Assembly (NCBI GenBank): GCA_027021705.1
Contig: JALUTT010000099.1
Coordinates: 1 to 64,000 of the forward strand
Direction of reading: 5' to 3'
DNA: 64,000 nucleotides
Origin: Anaerolineae bacterium
Lineage (GTDB): Bacteria; Chloroflexota; Anaerolineae; S140-20
Positions 31,707 to 41,251 of this stretch are shown here, one piece after another (the first letter of the stretch is position 1; each line of letters begins with the position of its first letter). Below the pieces are notes generated by a model. That model was not told the DNA's origin and did no database searches. It saw nothing but the letters and a program-made list of their open reading frames with translations. Position numbers and translations under genes: made by a program.

Positions 31707-32608
31707 TGGGCTACGTCGAAGATGGGGGCGTTGGGATCGGTGTTGACGGCGATGATGAGCTCGGCATCCTTCATCCCCTCGACGTGCTCCGGCGCCCCGC
31801 TGATGCCCAGGGCCAGGTAGAGCTTGGGCTTGACCGTCATCCCCGACTTGCCCACCTGGCGGGTGCGGGGCAGCCACCCGGCATCCACGATGGGGCGGGA
31901 GGCCGCGACGACGCCGTCCAGCGCCTCCGCCAACTCCTCGGCCACCTCGATGTTGTCCTCGCTCTGAATGCCCCGCCCGATGGCGACGATGATGTCCGCC
32001 CGGGTGATGTCCACGTCGCCCGCCTCGGGCTCGATGAGCCGGCCAAAGCGGGTGCGCCCCTCCCCCAGCGCCGAGGGGGCCACCGTCTCGACGGCCGGAG
32101 GATCACCGGCCCGGCCGGCGTCGGCCGGGAAGGCGCCGGCCAGCACCGAGACCAGCCCCGGTCCGTCGGCCAGAGCGCACTCGGCCAGCACCTTGCCGCC
32201 GTAGATCTGGCTGGTGGTGACGACGGCACCGTCCTCCACCCGCAGGCCCTTGCAGTAGGCCACCAGAGGCCAGTCCAGCCGGGCCGAGAGCGCCGCCGCC
32301 AGGTCCATCCCCATCGCCGTGTTGAGGAGGAGCGTCAGGCGGGGTTGGTGCTCCCGCAACAGAGGCTCCAGGGCGGCCACGTAGGCCTCCGGCACGAAGT
32401 CGGCCAGGGCCGGGTCGTCCACCACCAGCACCCGGTCGGCCGCCCCCATCCGCTCGGCCATCCCCCCCACCTCGTGGCCCAGCAGCAGGCCGACGACCTG
32501 GCCGCCCATCGCATCGGCCAGGGCGCGGGCCGCACCCAGCGCCTCGAAGGTGGTGTCGGTCAGCTTCCCCTGCAGGTGTTCGGCGATCACAAAGATTGAC
32601 TCACTCAT
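31643..32608 (-). CDS. etfA: Electron transfer flavoprotein alpha subunit
   Basis: GRGI, QVGKSG..VKPKLYLALGISGAPEH. Confidence 0.93.
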   Translation of the reverse strand: MSESIFVIAEHLQGKLTDTTFEALGAARALADAMGGQVVGLLLGHEVGGMAERMGAADRVLVVDDPALADFVPEAYVAALEPLLREHQPRLTLLLNTAMGMDLAAALSARLDWPLVAYCKGLRVEDGAVVTTSQIYGGKVLAECALADGPGLVSVLAGAFPADAGRAGDPPAVETVAPSALGEGRTRFGRLIEPEAGDVDITRADIIVAIGRGIQSEDNIEVAEELAEALDGVVAASRPIVDAGWLPRTRQVGKSGMTVKPKLYLALGISGAPEHVEGMKDAELIIAVNTDPNAPIFDVAHYGVVADLFDVADALLEALEA

Positions 32609-32633
32609 CGCGTTTCCTCCCCCGCTGTCCGCC

Positions 32634-33404
32634 TTACAGGATTCCCCGCTCTTGGAGGATCTCGACGATCCGCCCGGCGACCTCTTCCTCGTCTCCCTCG
32701 ATGATCTCGGCCCGGCCCGTGGCCTCGGGCTTGAACATCCGCCGCACCGGGGCGACGGGCACCTCGGGCACCTCGTCCACCTCGATCTCCTCGATGGTGG
32801 CCGACTTCATCGCCTGGCGCACGCGGCTGACGGGGGCGTAACGGGGGGGCTGACGGGCGGCCTGGATGCCCAGCACGGCCGGCAGCGTCACCTCCAGCTC
32901 GGCCATGATGCCGCCCCAAAACTCCTTGTGCACGGTGGCCGTCCCGTCCTGGACCTGGACACCGGTCACCACGCCGACGTGGGGCAGCCCCAGGTGGGTG
33001 GCCAACATCGGAGCGACCTGACCGTCCAGGTCGTCGGCCGCCTGGACGCCGACCAGGATCAGGTCGTAGGCCATCCCTCCGATGGCGTCGGCCAGCAGCC
33101 GGGCCATCGCGTGGCTGCTGAGCCCCCCTTCCTCGAAATCACCCACCAGCTTCACCGCCCGGTCGGCCCCCTTGGCGATGGCGGTGTAGAGGGCCTGATC
33201 CAATTCGTCGGTGGTGTCCACGCCGATGACGGTCACGCTCCCGCCCACCTCCTCCTTCAGCAGCAGCGCTTCCTCCAGGGCGTGGTCGTCGAACTCGTTG
33301 AGCACGAAGCTCAGGAGGTCCGGGTCCAGACCGGTCCCTTCCTCGTTGATCTCCAGTTCCTCGATCAGATCGGGAACCTGCTTGACGGCGACGATGATCT
33401 CCAT
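32634..33404 (-). CDS. etfB: Electron transfer flavoprotein beta subunit
   Basis: VAVKQVPD, NEFDDHALEEAL, G.QAAD...GQV, PRY. Confidence 0.93.
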   Translation of the reverse strand: MEIIVAVKQVPDLIEELEINEEGTGLDPDLLSFVLNEFDDHALEEALLLKEEVGGSVTVIGVDTTDELDQALYTAIAKGADRAVKLVGDFEEGGLSSHAMARLLADAIGGMAYDLILVGVQAADDLDGQVAPMLATHLGLPHVGVVTGVQVQDGTATVHKEFWGGIMAELEVTLPAVLGIQAARQPPRYAPVSRVRQAMKSATIEEIEVDEVPEVPVAPVRRMFKPEATGRAEIIEGDEEEVAGRIVEILQERGIL

Positions 33405-33461
33405 AGGCTGATCCTCCTCTCACGCCTGATGGTTCACGCTTTCCGTTTCCTGTCCCCCGCG

Positions 33462-34742
33462 CTACCCCATCGCCTCCGCGATCAGCTCCGCGATGTCCTT
33501 CACCTGCAGCCGCCCTTCGTTCCCCGTGGACTTGACCGCGTCCTCGAAGCGGGAGACCTCGTAGGGGCAGCAGACGACGAGGGTGTCGGCCCCGGTGGCG
33601 ATGGCCTCCAGCACCCGCTGCTCCGAGAGGCGACGGCGCTGGTAGTTGACGACGAAGCCGTCCAGCCACATCCCGCCGCCTCCGCCGCCGCAGCAGTAGC
33701 CGTTCTCCCGGCAGCGCCACATCTCGACGAACTCGACGCCGGGCAGGGCCTGGATAAGCTGGCGGGGGGCGTCGTACTCGCCGTTGTGCCGGCCCAGGTA
33801 GCAGGGATCGTGGAAGGTGACCTTGTACCCCAGGGAACGGGTCATCAGCGACTGCAGCCGGTCCAGGTGCCGGGCCAGGAGCTGGGTGTAGTGCCAGACC
33901 TCGTAGTCGCCGCCGTGGCGGGGGTACTCCTTGCGGAAGGCGTTCAGGGCGTGGGGATCGGTGACGACGATGCGCTGGAACTGGTACTTGGAGAGGGTGG
34001 CGATGTTCTGCTCGGCCAGCATCTCGAAGAGGCCCCGCTCACCGGCCAGCCGCTGGGAGTCGCCAGCGCACTTCTCCTCCCGCCCCAGGATGGCGAAGTC
34101 CAGCCCCAGAGCGTTGAAGATGCGGGCCAGGGCCAGGCTGGCGTCAATCCCCCGAGGGTGGTAGGAGGGGTAGCACTCCACCCACCAGAGCCATTCGACG
34201 GGGCGCTTCTCCTTGTAGAGCAGCGGGATGGGCACGTCGGCCTTCTTGGCCCAGGCGTCCCGCTTGCGGGCCGGCTTCCCCAGGGGGTTGCCGTAGCGGA
34301 AGGTGTTCTCCAGCGCCTCCTGGAGCTCCGCCGGCACGCTGTTGCCGGAGAGGATGGCCTGCTCGCGGGCGGCAGGCATGATCTTGACCATGTCCACCTC
34401 TTTCTTGCAGACCCGCAGGCAGTTCATGCAGGTGGTGCAGAGCCACAGGTCCGGCGACTCCAGCAGGTTCACCCCCGTCTGGGCCTTGCGGTAGAGCTTG
34501 CGGGGGCCGTAATCCCCCACCACGTCCACCGGGCAGACGGGGACGCACTTGGCGCACTGGTAGCACCAGGCGAAGGACTCGGCCCCCGGCAGCGCGGCGA
34601 TCTCTTCGATTAGCTCCGGCGTGTATTCCCAGATCACCCGCTGCTCGAACATCCGGTTCCAAGGGCCGGAGATGTCCATCCCGTCAACGATGGCAACGTC
34701 CTTTTCCCAAATGGCGTCAACTTTGTCCAGTCCGGCTTCCAT
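33462..34742 (-). CDS. shdrB3: sHdrB3-like (HdrC+HdrB-type Fe-S/CCG fusion)
   Basis: CYQCAKCVPVCP, CTTCMNCLRVC, FHDPCYLGR, CCGGGGG; position after shdrH. Confidence 0.75.
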   Translation of the reverse strand: MEAGLDKVDAIWEKDVAIVDGMDISGPWNRMFEQRVIWEYTPELIEEIAALPGAESFAWCYQCAKCVPVCPVDVVGDYGPRKLYRKAQTGVNLLESPDLWLCTTCMNCLRVCKKEVDMVKIMPAAREQAILSGNSVPAELQEALENTFRYGNPLGKPARKRDAWAKKADVPIPLLYKEKRPVEWLWWVECYPSYHPRGIDASLALARIFNALGLDFAILGREEKCAGDSQRLAGERGLFEMLAEQNIATLSKYQFQRIVVTDPHALNAFRKEYPRHGGDYEVWHYTQLLARHLDRLQSLMTRSLGYKVTFHDPCYLGRHNGEYDAPRQLIQALPGVEFVEMWRCRENGYCCGGGGGGMWLDGFVVNYQRRRLSEQRVLEAIATGADTLVVCCPYEVSRFEDAVKSTGNEGRLQVKDIAELIAEAMG

Positions 34743-34808
34743 AAGCGGTCTCCTTGGCTCGCGGGGATGGGGCGCGTAGAGGGCACCCCCAGGCTTTGCG
34801 TCGAAGGT

Positions 34809-35603
34809 CTAGCCGCCCGCCTTGGACAGCCCCAGGAGCCTGCGCACCATATCCGGCAGCGAGGGCAGCAGGCGGTTGAACTCCCGGCTCAGCCGCCAAC
34901 TGGTGATGCCGTAGAGGTAGACGCTGTAGGCGCAGGCCAGGAAGGCATCGGCGGCGAAGGGGCTCCGCCGGGGGTCGTTGACCAGCGCCGGGGTGAGCAG
35001 GCCGGTGCCCTCGGCGAAGCGCATGCTCATCGCGGTGACCGAGCCCACACGGACGTACCCCTCGGCCAGGTCGTCGGCCAGGAGGTTGCGCACACTGCCG
35101 GCCAGCAGGGAGAGGATGCCCGTCTGGGTCGTCCGGTCCCACAGCCAGCGGGTCCAGAGCCAGTGCTCGGCCGGCGCGGTGTAGTGCAGCAGGCCGGTGG
35201 CCAGCTCTAGGCCCAGCCGGGGGTCCAGCCCCTCCAGCCGGGCGACGAAGCGGGCGATCCGGGCCGGTGCCGGGCCGGTCCCGTGGAGGAGATCGTCCAC
35301 GAGGGAGGCCACGGGGCGGCGGCTCAGATCATCGGTCAGCATCCGGGCCTGCCGCCGGGTGGCGGTCACCGACCGGGCGATCCAGCGCAGATCGTCCGGG
35401 GAGAGGTCCGGCCTCCCCGTGCCGTTGGTCCGCCCCAGCCGCTCGACGAAACGGTGGTGCCGTTCGGCCAGTTCGTCGGCCACGGCCACCAGGTCGGCGG
35501 CGTCGGCCTGGGCCAGGGCCTCCTGGAGCGTCTCCAGCAGCTCGGGATCGTCGGGTCCGGTCTTGGGTTTGATGATGTGGCTGGGCCGTTGTCCGAAGGT
35601 CAT
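34809..35603 (-). CDS. shdrH: sHdrH-like conserved hypothetical protein
   Basis: Position between shdrA and shdrB3; ELATGLLH...WLWTRWLWD..TQTG motif. Confidence 0.7.
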   Translation of the reverse strand: MTFGQRPSHIIKPKTGPDDPELLETLQEALAQADAADLVAVADELAERHHRFVERLGRTNGTGRPDLSPDDLRWIARSVTATRRQARMLTDDLSRRPVASLVDDLLHGTGPAPARIARFVARLEGLDPRLGLELATGLLHYTAPAEHWLWTRWLWDRTTQTGILSLLAGSVRNLLADDLAEGYVRVGSVTAMSMRFAEGTGLLTPALVNDPRRSPFAADAFLACAYSVYLYGITSWRLSREFNRLLPSLPDMVRRLLGLSKAGG

Positions 35604-35662
35604 CGCGGCTCCCAGGGCTCGTGCGGGCCGGTGATCGGTCCGGGCCGGGCAGGGCCGAGGGG

Positions 35663-36715
35663 TCACCCGGCGCGGCGGAGGGTGGCGATGGCCCGGGCGG
35701 CAGCCAGCCCGGCCATCGAGAAGGAATCGTCCAGGTCGGCGGGTCCGGCGGCGGCCCCGGCGACGAAGATGCCGGGCCGGGAGGTGGCGACGGGGTCCAC
35801 ACCCGTCGGTCCGCCGGCGGCGATGTAGCCGTACTTGTTCTGCTCCAGCCCCAGGAGCCCCGCCATCGCCCGGGTGCCGGTGCTGGGCTCCATCCCGACG
35901 GAGAGGACCACCAGGTCCACCGTCACCTCCATCGGCCGGCCCATCGTCGTGTCCTCGCCCCGGATGAGGAGCCGGTCTCCCTTGGGCAGGATCTCGCTCA
36001 CCAACCCCTTGATGTAGTTGACCTTGTACTGTTCCTGGGCCGGCCAGTAGAGTTCGTTCTCCCAGTAGCCGTACATCCGCATGTCAATGTAGAAGATGAA
36101 GACCCGGCTGTCGGGCAGGAGCCGCTTGATCTCGATGGCCTGCTTGCTGGCGATGCCGCAGCAGACCTTGGAGCAGAACTCGTTGCCGATCTGCCGGTCC
36201 CGGGAGCCGACGCACTGGATGAAGGCGACCCGCTCCGGCGTCTCCCCGTTGGAGGGCCGGACGACCTGGTGAGCCCTCAGCATCCCCTCCAGATCGGCGA
36301 TGGTGATGACGTCGGGGAAGGAGTAGTAGTTGTAGTACTGGGTCTCCCGACCGGGGTCGAAGTGCTGAAAGCCGGTGGCGACGATGATGGCCCCCGCTTC
36401 CACCGTCTTGGGGCCGGCCCCGTTCTGCACCGTCACCCGGAAGTTCCCCGCCTCACCCTCACAGGCCACCACCTGGCTGTCGGTGAGCACCTCGACGTTG
36501 GGGTTGTCGGTGATGGCGGCGACCAGCTCGGCCATCACCTCTCCGGCATCCCGAAAGTGGTGGGTAAGCTGGGCGTAGTGAACGGCGTCGGGGGTGCCGC
36601 CGAGGCGGTCTCGTTTTTCCACCAGGACGACGGGGTAGCCCAGATCGGCCACCGTGCGGGCCGCCTCCAGGCCGGCCGGCCCCCCTCCGATGATCAACAC
36701 CTTGCCTTGAGACAT
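35663..36715 (-). CDS. shdrA: sHdrA flavoprotein subunit
   Basis: GGGPAG, CVGSRDRQIG..CSKVCC, FYIDMR; short, with no ferredoxin insertion. Confidence 0.85.
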   Translation of the reverse strand: MSQGKVLIIGGGPAGLEAARTVADLGYPVVLVEKRDRLGGTPDAVHYAQLTHHFRDAGEVMAELVAAITDNPNVEVLTDSQVVACEGEAGNFRVTVQNGAGPKTVEAGAIIVATGFQHFDPGRETQYYNYYSFPDVITIADLEGMLRAHQVVRPSNGETPERVAFIQCVGSRDRQIGNEFCSKVCCGIASKQAIEIKRLLPDSRVFIFYIDMRMYGYWENELYWPAQEQYKVNYIKGLVSEILPKGDRLLIRGEDTTMGRPMEVTVDLVVLSVGMEPSTGTRAMAGLLGLEQNKYGYIAAGGPTGVDPVATSRPGIFVAGAAAGPADLDDSFSMAGLAAARAIATLRRAG

Positions 36716-36765
36716 ACTCCCCTCCTGCCGGTCTGTCTTCGTGATGGGCGCAGTTTCACAGGTGC

Positions 36766-37989
36766 TCAAGCGGCCACGGCGATGGGCGTGTCGGCATCCT
36801 CCCAGGTCAGGCCCGCCTTCTCGCCCCGCCGGATGGCGTCCAGGTCGGCCTCGAACTCCTCCCAGTGGCGCTGCCAGTCAATGCCCAGCTTCTCCAGCAT
36901 CGGACGCCAGTCGGTCGAGTGCCAGTGAAGCTGAAGGACGCGGAAGGGGTGGGCCCCCATCGCCAGGGCCGCCACCTGGGCGTCGGAGAGGACGGGCACG
37001 CCGACCTGGCGCTGGTGGGCCTTGGCGGCGAACTGGCTCTTATCCAGCGTCGTCACGCAGCCGGTATCGTGAGTCACCACCAGGTCGGGGTCCACCTCGT
37101 TCTTCATCACCTCGATCTTGCGCAGGACGGCGAAGGAGCGGGTGAAGTCCCGCTGGACCAGGACGTGGCGGAAGCCGAAGCCGCAGCAGTCGAACCAGGT
37201 GGAGTAGTCGGCCACGTGGATGCCCAGGGTCTCCAGCAGGCCGGTGACCGTCGCCGTGCGCTGCCCGCCGTAGATGTCGGGGTCGTAGATGGCATCCTCG
37301 GCCACGATCTTGTAGTAGTGACAGGCGGGGTGGACGCAGGCCGTCAGGCTGCTCAGGTCCACGATCTGGCGCTCGGCGATGCGGTGGCGCATGGCGTGCA
37401 CCCACTCGCTGTAGTGGACGATCTCCTCAGGGACGACGAGGGGCTTGCCCAGCTTGTCCAGGATGCGCCGCACCTCGTCCCGCAGCGCCTTGTGGTGGAT
37501 CAGCTCCTCACGGGCCTCCTTGTAGTGGCCGTAGCTGGTGCCGCAGTGGATGAGGGGGTAGTAGCCCGTCTCGTAGGCGGCGGCGAAGTTGCGGCACATC
37601 ACGGCCAACTGGGCGGCGGCGTTGGAGGTGGCCGAGGCGTAGTAGTTCCAGCCGGTGCACGAGGTCTGGTCCGTGGGGTCCACGTAGTCCAGCCCGAACT
37701 GGCGGTGCAGCCAGAAGACAGAGGTGGAGTAGCCGGGGATGTGGCCGCACTGGCCGCAGGACTTGTGGTGCCAGGTGTGCTCGACGGGGATCTTCTTGGT
37801 GCGACCGAACTTGGTGGTGACCTCGATGTAGGGTTCCGGCACCCGCTGCACGATCAGCTCCCCCTTCGCCTCCAGCTCGAAGAGGGCTTCGCGCAGGTCG
37901 TGGGTCGGCGCCGTGGTCGGATCGCGGCGGACCGGCTGGGATTTCTTGGCCAGGATCTCCTCGACGGGAACGAAGTTCGCTGTCGCCAT
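36766..37989 (-). CDS. shdrB1: sHdrB1 subunit
   Basis: KSCGQCGHIPGY, DQTSCTGWNY, HPACHYYK, WFDCCGFGFRH, DTGCVTTLDKSQ. Confidence 0.88.
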   Translation of the reverse strand: MATANFVPVEEILAKKSQPVRRDPTTAPTHDLREALFELEAKGELIVQRVPEPYIEVTTKFGRTKKIPVEHTWHHKSCGQCGHIPGYSTSVFWLHRQFGLDYVDPTDQTSCTGWNYYASATSNAAAQLAVMCRNFAAAYETGYYPLIHCGTSYGHYKEAREELIHHKALRDEVRRILDKLGKPLVVPEEIVHYSEWVHAMRHRIAERQIVDLSSLTACVHPACHYYKIVAEDAIYDPDIYGGQRTATVTGLLETLGIHVADYSTWFDCCGFGFRHVLVQRDFTRSFAVLRKIEVMKNEVDPDLVVTHDTGCVTTLDKSQFAAKAHQRQVGVPVLSDAQVAALAMGAHPFRVLQLHWHSTDWRPMLEKLGIDWQRHWEEFEADLDAIRRGEKAGLTWEDADTPIAVAA

Positions 37990-38696
37990 CAGACTTCCTC
38001 CTCCCATTCCTCCAGCTCTTCTTCCATCACATCCACCAGGAGCTCGTAGAGCCCTTCGTCCACCTCCTGGATGATCTCGATGTTGCCGGTCTCGAACCAG
38101 ATGGTGTAGAGTTCGCGCAGCGTCTTGTCATCGGTGCGCCAGGCGGCGTCGGTGACGCCCCGCAGGGTGTCCACGGGGATCGCCTGCCGCCAGACCTGCA
38201 TGTTCTCGCTGAACTCCCGCACCCAGGGCCCCCAGTCGGGGAAGAAGTCGGGCTGGAGCATGTCGGGCGAGACCTGGTTGCCCTTGAGCATCACCTTGTA
38301 GATCACCCGGCTGTAGCCCTGGAGGACATCGCGGGTCTCCTGGATGCCGTTGCGCACGGCAACCTCCCGGATCAGCGTGACCAGGCCGCCGGGGTTGTTG
38401 TGGCGGGGGCAGCGGACGCAGGAGAAGCACTGGGCGCAATTCCAGATGTCCTCGATGAGGATTTCGTAGATGCGGTCCACATCCTCGCGGGCCATCGCCT
38501 GGGCAATGACGCGGGGGCTGTAGTCGTAGAAGCGGGCCGAGGGGCAGGCGGAGACGCAGATACCACACTCGTAGCACCCGTAGAGGTAGTCCTCGTAGCG
38601 AGGGTCCTCTTTGATCTCCAGGAAGAGGCGCTGTTTTTCCTCATAAGGAACGTCGGGATACCTGTCCACAACCTTGCCGGGGTTCCAGTCGGTCAA
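37989..38696 (-). CDS. shdrC1: sHdrC1 ferredoxin subunit
   Basis: CYECGICVSACP, IWNCAQCFSCVRCPR.NNPG, PDWGP. Confidence 0.85.
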   Translation of the reverse strand: MTDWNPGKVVDRYPDVPYEEKQRLFLEIKEDPRYEDYLYGCYECGICVSACPSARFYDYSPRVIAQAMAREDVDRIYEILIEDIWNCAQCFSCVRCPRHNNPGGLVTLIREVAVRNGIQETRDVLQGYSRVIYKVMLKGNQVSPDMLQPDFFPDWGPWVREFSENMQVWRQAIPVDTLRGVTDAAWRTDDKTLRELYTIWFETGNIEIIQEVDEGLYELLVDVMEEELEEWEEEV

Positions 38697-38712
38697 GATT
38701 CACCTCCTCAGC

Positions 38713-38797
38713 CTAATACCTCATCAAACGGGTTTTGACAAACCGTTGATGGGGTAGTGGTTTCCCGTCCGTTCAATCCACTCTCAAGTCCGCTGAC
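38713..38797. repeat. Family C element (CGGATT/TTTGATGAGGTA), single-arm copy
   Basis: Reverse complement aligns ungapped over 85 bp with 61122-61206 (about 20 mismatches by eye); internal hairpin. Confidence 0.75.
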
Positions 38798-39068
38798 CGA
38801 TGTCCGTTCTAGCCCGGCTCCTCGCCTGGGCGAGGGCTTCAACCATCGCGTCCCAGGGAGGGACGCCGACGAAGCGGGTGGAGCCGACGAAGACGGTGGG
38901 GACGGAGAGGACCTGAGCAGCCTTGGCCTCCTCCCGGCCTCGGGCGCTGCCTAGGCTGACGATGCGCAACCGGACGTCGGGGTTCTCGTCGGCCAGGCGC
39001 TGGGCCAGGCGGATGGCGGTGGGGCAGGTTGTGCAGACGGGATGGGTGAAGACACGCACTTCGATCAT
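38784..39068 (-). CDS. Thioredoxin/glutaredoxin-like protein
   Basis: CTTC, SVPT, RFVGVP. Confidence 0.82.
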   Translation of the reverse strand: MIEVRVFTHPVCTTCPTAIRLAQRLADENPDVRLRIVSLGSARGREEAKAAQVLSVPTVFVGSTRFVGVPPWDAMVEALAQARSRARTDIGQRT

Positions 39069-39093
39069 CGTCCTCAACAGGGGAGGGTCACGG

Positions 39094-39567
39094 CTACGGC
39101 ATCTCGAACCCTTCGCAGTGGACGCAATCGTCCAGCCCCTTCTGGGCCATCAGGGCCTCGTAGGCGGCGACGGCGGCCTCGCCGGTGATCAGCCGGCTCA
39201 GGTCGGCCTCCAGGTCCTCCGGTTGCAAGCGGGCGATCCAGCCCCGGTTGTAGGGGCTGCGGTTGATGAGGCCGGCATCCTGGGGGAGGGCATCGTTGAC
39301 GGCGATGAGGGTGCCGGCGACGGGGGTGCGCAGCGGTCCCAGCCACTTGGCGCTCTCGACCAGGGCCACGACCTTGCCCCGGGGGTAGAAGCGGCCCACG
39401 GGACGGTAGGAGACGTGGAGCATCCCGCCGGCCGTGGTCTGGGCCACGTCGGTGAAGCCCAGCGTCACGCTGCCGTCGGGCTCCGGGCGGACCCAGATAT
39501 GGTCCTCAACCCGGTAGTAGAGGTCCAGGGGCAGGACGCAGTTGCGGACGATGGCTACCCGGCCCAT
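39094..39567 (-). CDS. lbpA: Lipoate-binding protein (GcvH-like), copy 1
   Basis: VESAKWLGP, N-terminal Cys, C-terminal CVHC. Confidence 0.85.
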   Translation of the reverse strand: MGRVAIVRNCVLPLDLYYRVEDHIWVRPEPDGSVTLGFTDVAQTTAGGMLHVSYRPVGRFYPRGKVVALVESAKWLGPLRTPVAGTLIAVNDALPQDAGLINRSPYNRGWIARLQPEDLEADLSRLITGEAAVAAYEALMAQKGLDDCVHCEGFEMP

Positions 39568-39569
39568 CG

Positions 39570-39950
39570 TCAGAAGGCCACCACCGCATCCGCTTCCAGG
39601 GCCATGTCGTTGAAGGCCGCCCCGCCGATCATCTCCACGCCGTCAATGAGGTCGTCCATCGTCAGGCCGTGCAGGTCCAGGGAGGGCTGGCAGACGTAGA
39701 GCTTGACCCCGACGGCGAGGGCCTGTTTGATGAAGTGGGCCAGGGGAGCGCCGCCCCCACCGGCCTTGGGCACGATGAGCTCTTCCGGGACGCCCTTGCG
39801 CAACAGGGTGGGGCCGTTCATCGTGAAGTAGATGCCGGCCTCGATGTCCATCGCTGCCGCAGCCGCAGCCAGGAAGAAGGGGGTCGCGCTGCGCTCCGGC
39901 GTGTCCACACCGTGGGTCTGCACGTAGAGAATCTTCTTGTCCTCGTCCAA
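39570..39950 (-). CDS. DsrE-family sulfur carrier (DsrE3-like)
   Basis: TPFFLAAAAAAM, GVKLYVCQPS; TTG start after GGAGGT. Confidence 0.8.
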   Translation of the reverse strand: MDEDKKILYVQTHGVDTPERSATPFFLAAAAAAMDIEAGIYFTMNGPTLLRKGVPEELIVPKAGGGGAPLAHFIKQALAVGVKLYVCQPSLDLHGLTMDDLIDGVEMIGGAAFNDMALEADAVVAF

Positions 39951-40016
39951 AAGGCACCTCCTCGCGCGTGAAGGCGTGAGTTGTGTAGCGTGTGACCGGT
40001 CGCGTGCCGTAGGGGG

Positions 40017-40523
40017 CTAGACGAAGAGGCTGACATCGGCTTCGGCGGCGAAGTCCAGGAAACCGGTAGCTCCCAGGCAGGAGACCCCTTCGATGAGGTC
40101 CTCCTGGGCCACGTTCATCACCCCCATCGTCGTGGCACAGGCGTAGAGGTTGACCCCCATCTCCACGCACATCTCCACCATCTCGGCAACGGTAGGGATG
40201 TTGGCCTTCTGCATCCAGCTCCTCATAAAGCTCGTCGCCAGCTCCGTCATGCCCGGGAGCATCCCGACGATGTTGGGCACCTGGAGGGGGATGGCGGGGA
40301 TGGGGGCGGGCATCGCCGGGTTGCCGATGGGGGCGACCTTGAGCTTGGCCAGCTTTTTCTTGTTGATGATGTCGAGGCCGTAGAAGGTGAAGAAGATGCC
40401 CACCTCCCAACCGATGGCGGCGGCGGTGGTGGCGAGGATGAGGGGAGGGTAGGCCATATCCAACGAGCCCTTGGACGCGACCAGGGCCAGACGACGCCGG
40501 CGGGGCTTCTGTTCCTCGGTCAT
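40017..40523 (-). CDS. DsrE2-like (DsrE/DsrF/DrsH) sulfur transferase
   Basis: SKGSLDMAYPPLILA, FFTFYGL, YACATTM. Confidence 0.85.
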   Translation of the reverse strand: MTEEQKPRRRRLALVASKGSLDMAYPPLILATTAAAIGWEVGIFFTFYGLDIINKKKLAKLKVAPIGNPAMPAPIPAIPLQVPNIVGMLPGMTELATSFMRSWMQKANIPTVAEMVEMCVEMGVNLYACATTMGVMNVAQEDLIEGVSCLGATGFLDFAAEADVSLFV

Positions 40524-40623
40524 GGGCAAACCTCCTTCGACGGGATAGGCATCCTCCGGCGGCCGGCCTCTCGCCGGTCCGGGTGATGGGGCCCGCGAGG
40601 GCAGGCGACCAGAGGGCCGGGGC

Positions 40624-40866
40624 CTACTGGGCACGCCGGATGTAGAAGACGAAGGTACCGTCCTCTTGCTCGCTGGCCAGCAGCTCGTTGCCCGTCTGCT
40701 TGGCCCAGGCTTCCATATCGGCCGGCGCGCCGGGGTCGGTGGCGATCATCTTCAGGACCTGACCGACTTCGATCTCCTTGATCGCCTTGGAGGTTTTGAT
40801 GACGGGGATGGGGCACAGGAGTCCGGTGCAGTCCAGCACCTTGTCCGCCGCAATTGAGGTGGTCAT
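40624..40866 (-). CDS. tusA: Sulfur carrier protein TusA
   Basis: LDCTGLLCPIP, TDPGA..D. Confidence 0.92.
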   Translation of the reverse strand: MTTSIAADKVLDCTGLLCPIPVIKTSKAIKEIEVGQVLKMIATDPGAPADMEAWAKQTGNELLASEQEDGTFVFYIRRAQ

Positions 40867-40890
40867 TGGGGCTCCTCCTTTCGCCGAGGG

Positions 40891-40987
40891 ACCCTCCCGC
40901 AGGGTCCTCCCACGACCTGAAACGTGCTATGGGCAGCTCCCAATAAGCCGTTGCTGTCACCGGGCAGCGCGTGACCTGCGGGAGGGT
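40891..40987. repeat. Family B element, copy 2
   Basis: ACCCTCCCGCAGG...CCTGCGGGAGGGT, 97-bp span. Confidence 0.8.
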
Positions 40988-41046
40988 GACCATGATTCAG
41001 GCAGCCAGACCTGCTTCTATGGTAAACCGGTCGGCCAGAATTGTCG

Positions 41047-41085
41047 TCCCCCTTGGGGGGGAATTGGCTTCCCCCCTAGAGGGTA
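41047..41085. promoter_or_regulatory. Tandem TCCCCC-N4-GGGGGA boxes, putative NarL/LuxR operator
   Basis: Perfect box 41047-41062 and degenerate box 41070-41085 in the divergent intergenic region. Confidence 0.55.
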
Positions 41086-41251
41086 TTTCTCGCCTCCCCG
41101 CGCCGGGGTTCCGCTTGCGCGTTGCTGCCCCTCTGGCTGCCGGCCGGGCGCTGAACTGGGCAGAGGCGCAACTGAATTGCGCCCCATCCGGCGTCCCATC
41201 CCTGGCCTGGGTGCGGAAAGTGGGTTATAATTCCCTCAAGAGGAGAGGGCT

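Noticed and set aside
33462..38696. Methanogen-type HdrABC
   Set aside because: Short HdrA without ferredoxin insert, C1-B1-A-H-B3 order and no mvhD fit sHdr
27594..39567. Glycine cleavage system (gcvH)
   Set aside because: No gcvP/gcvT; terminal cysteines and shdr context indicate LbpA
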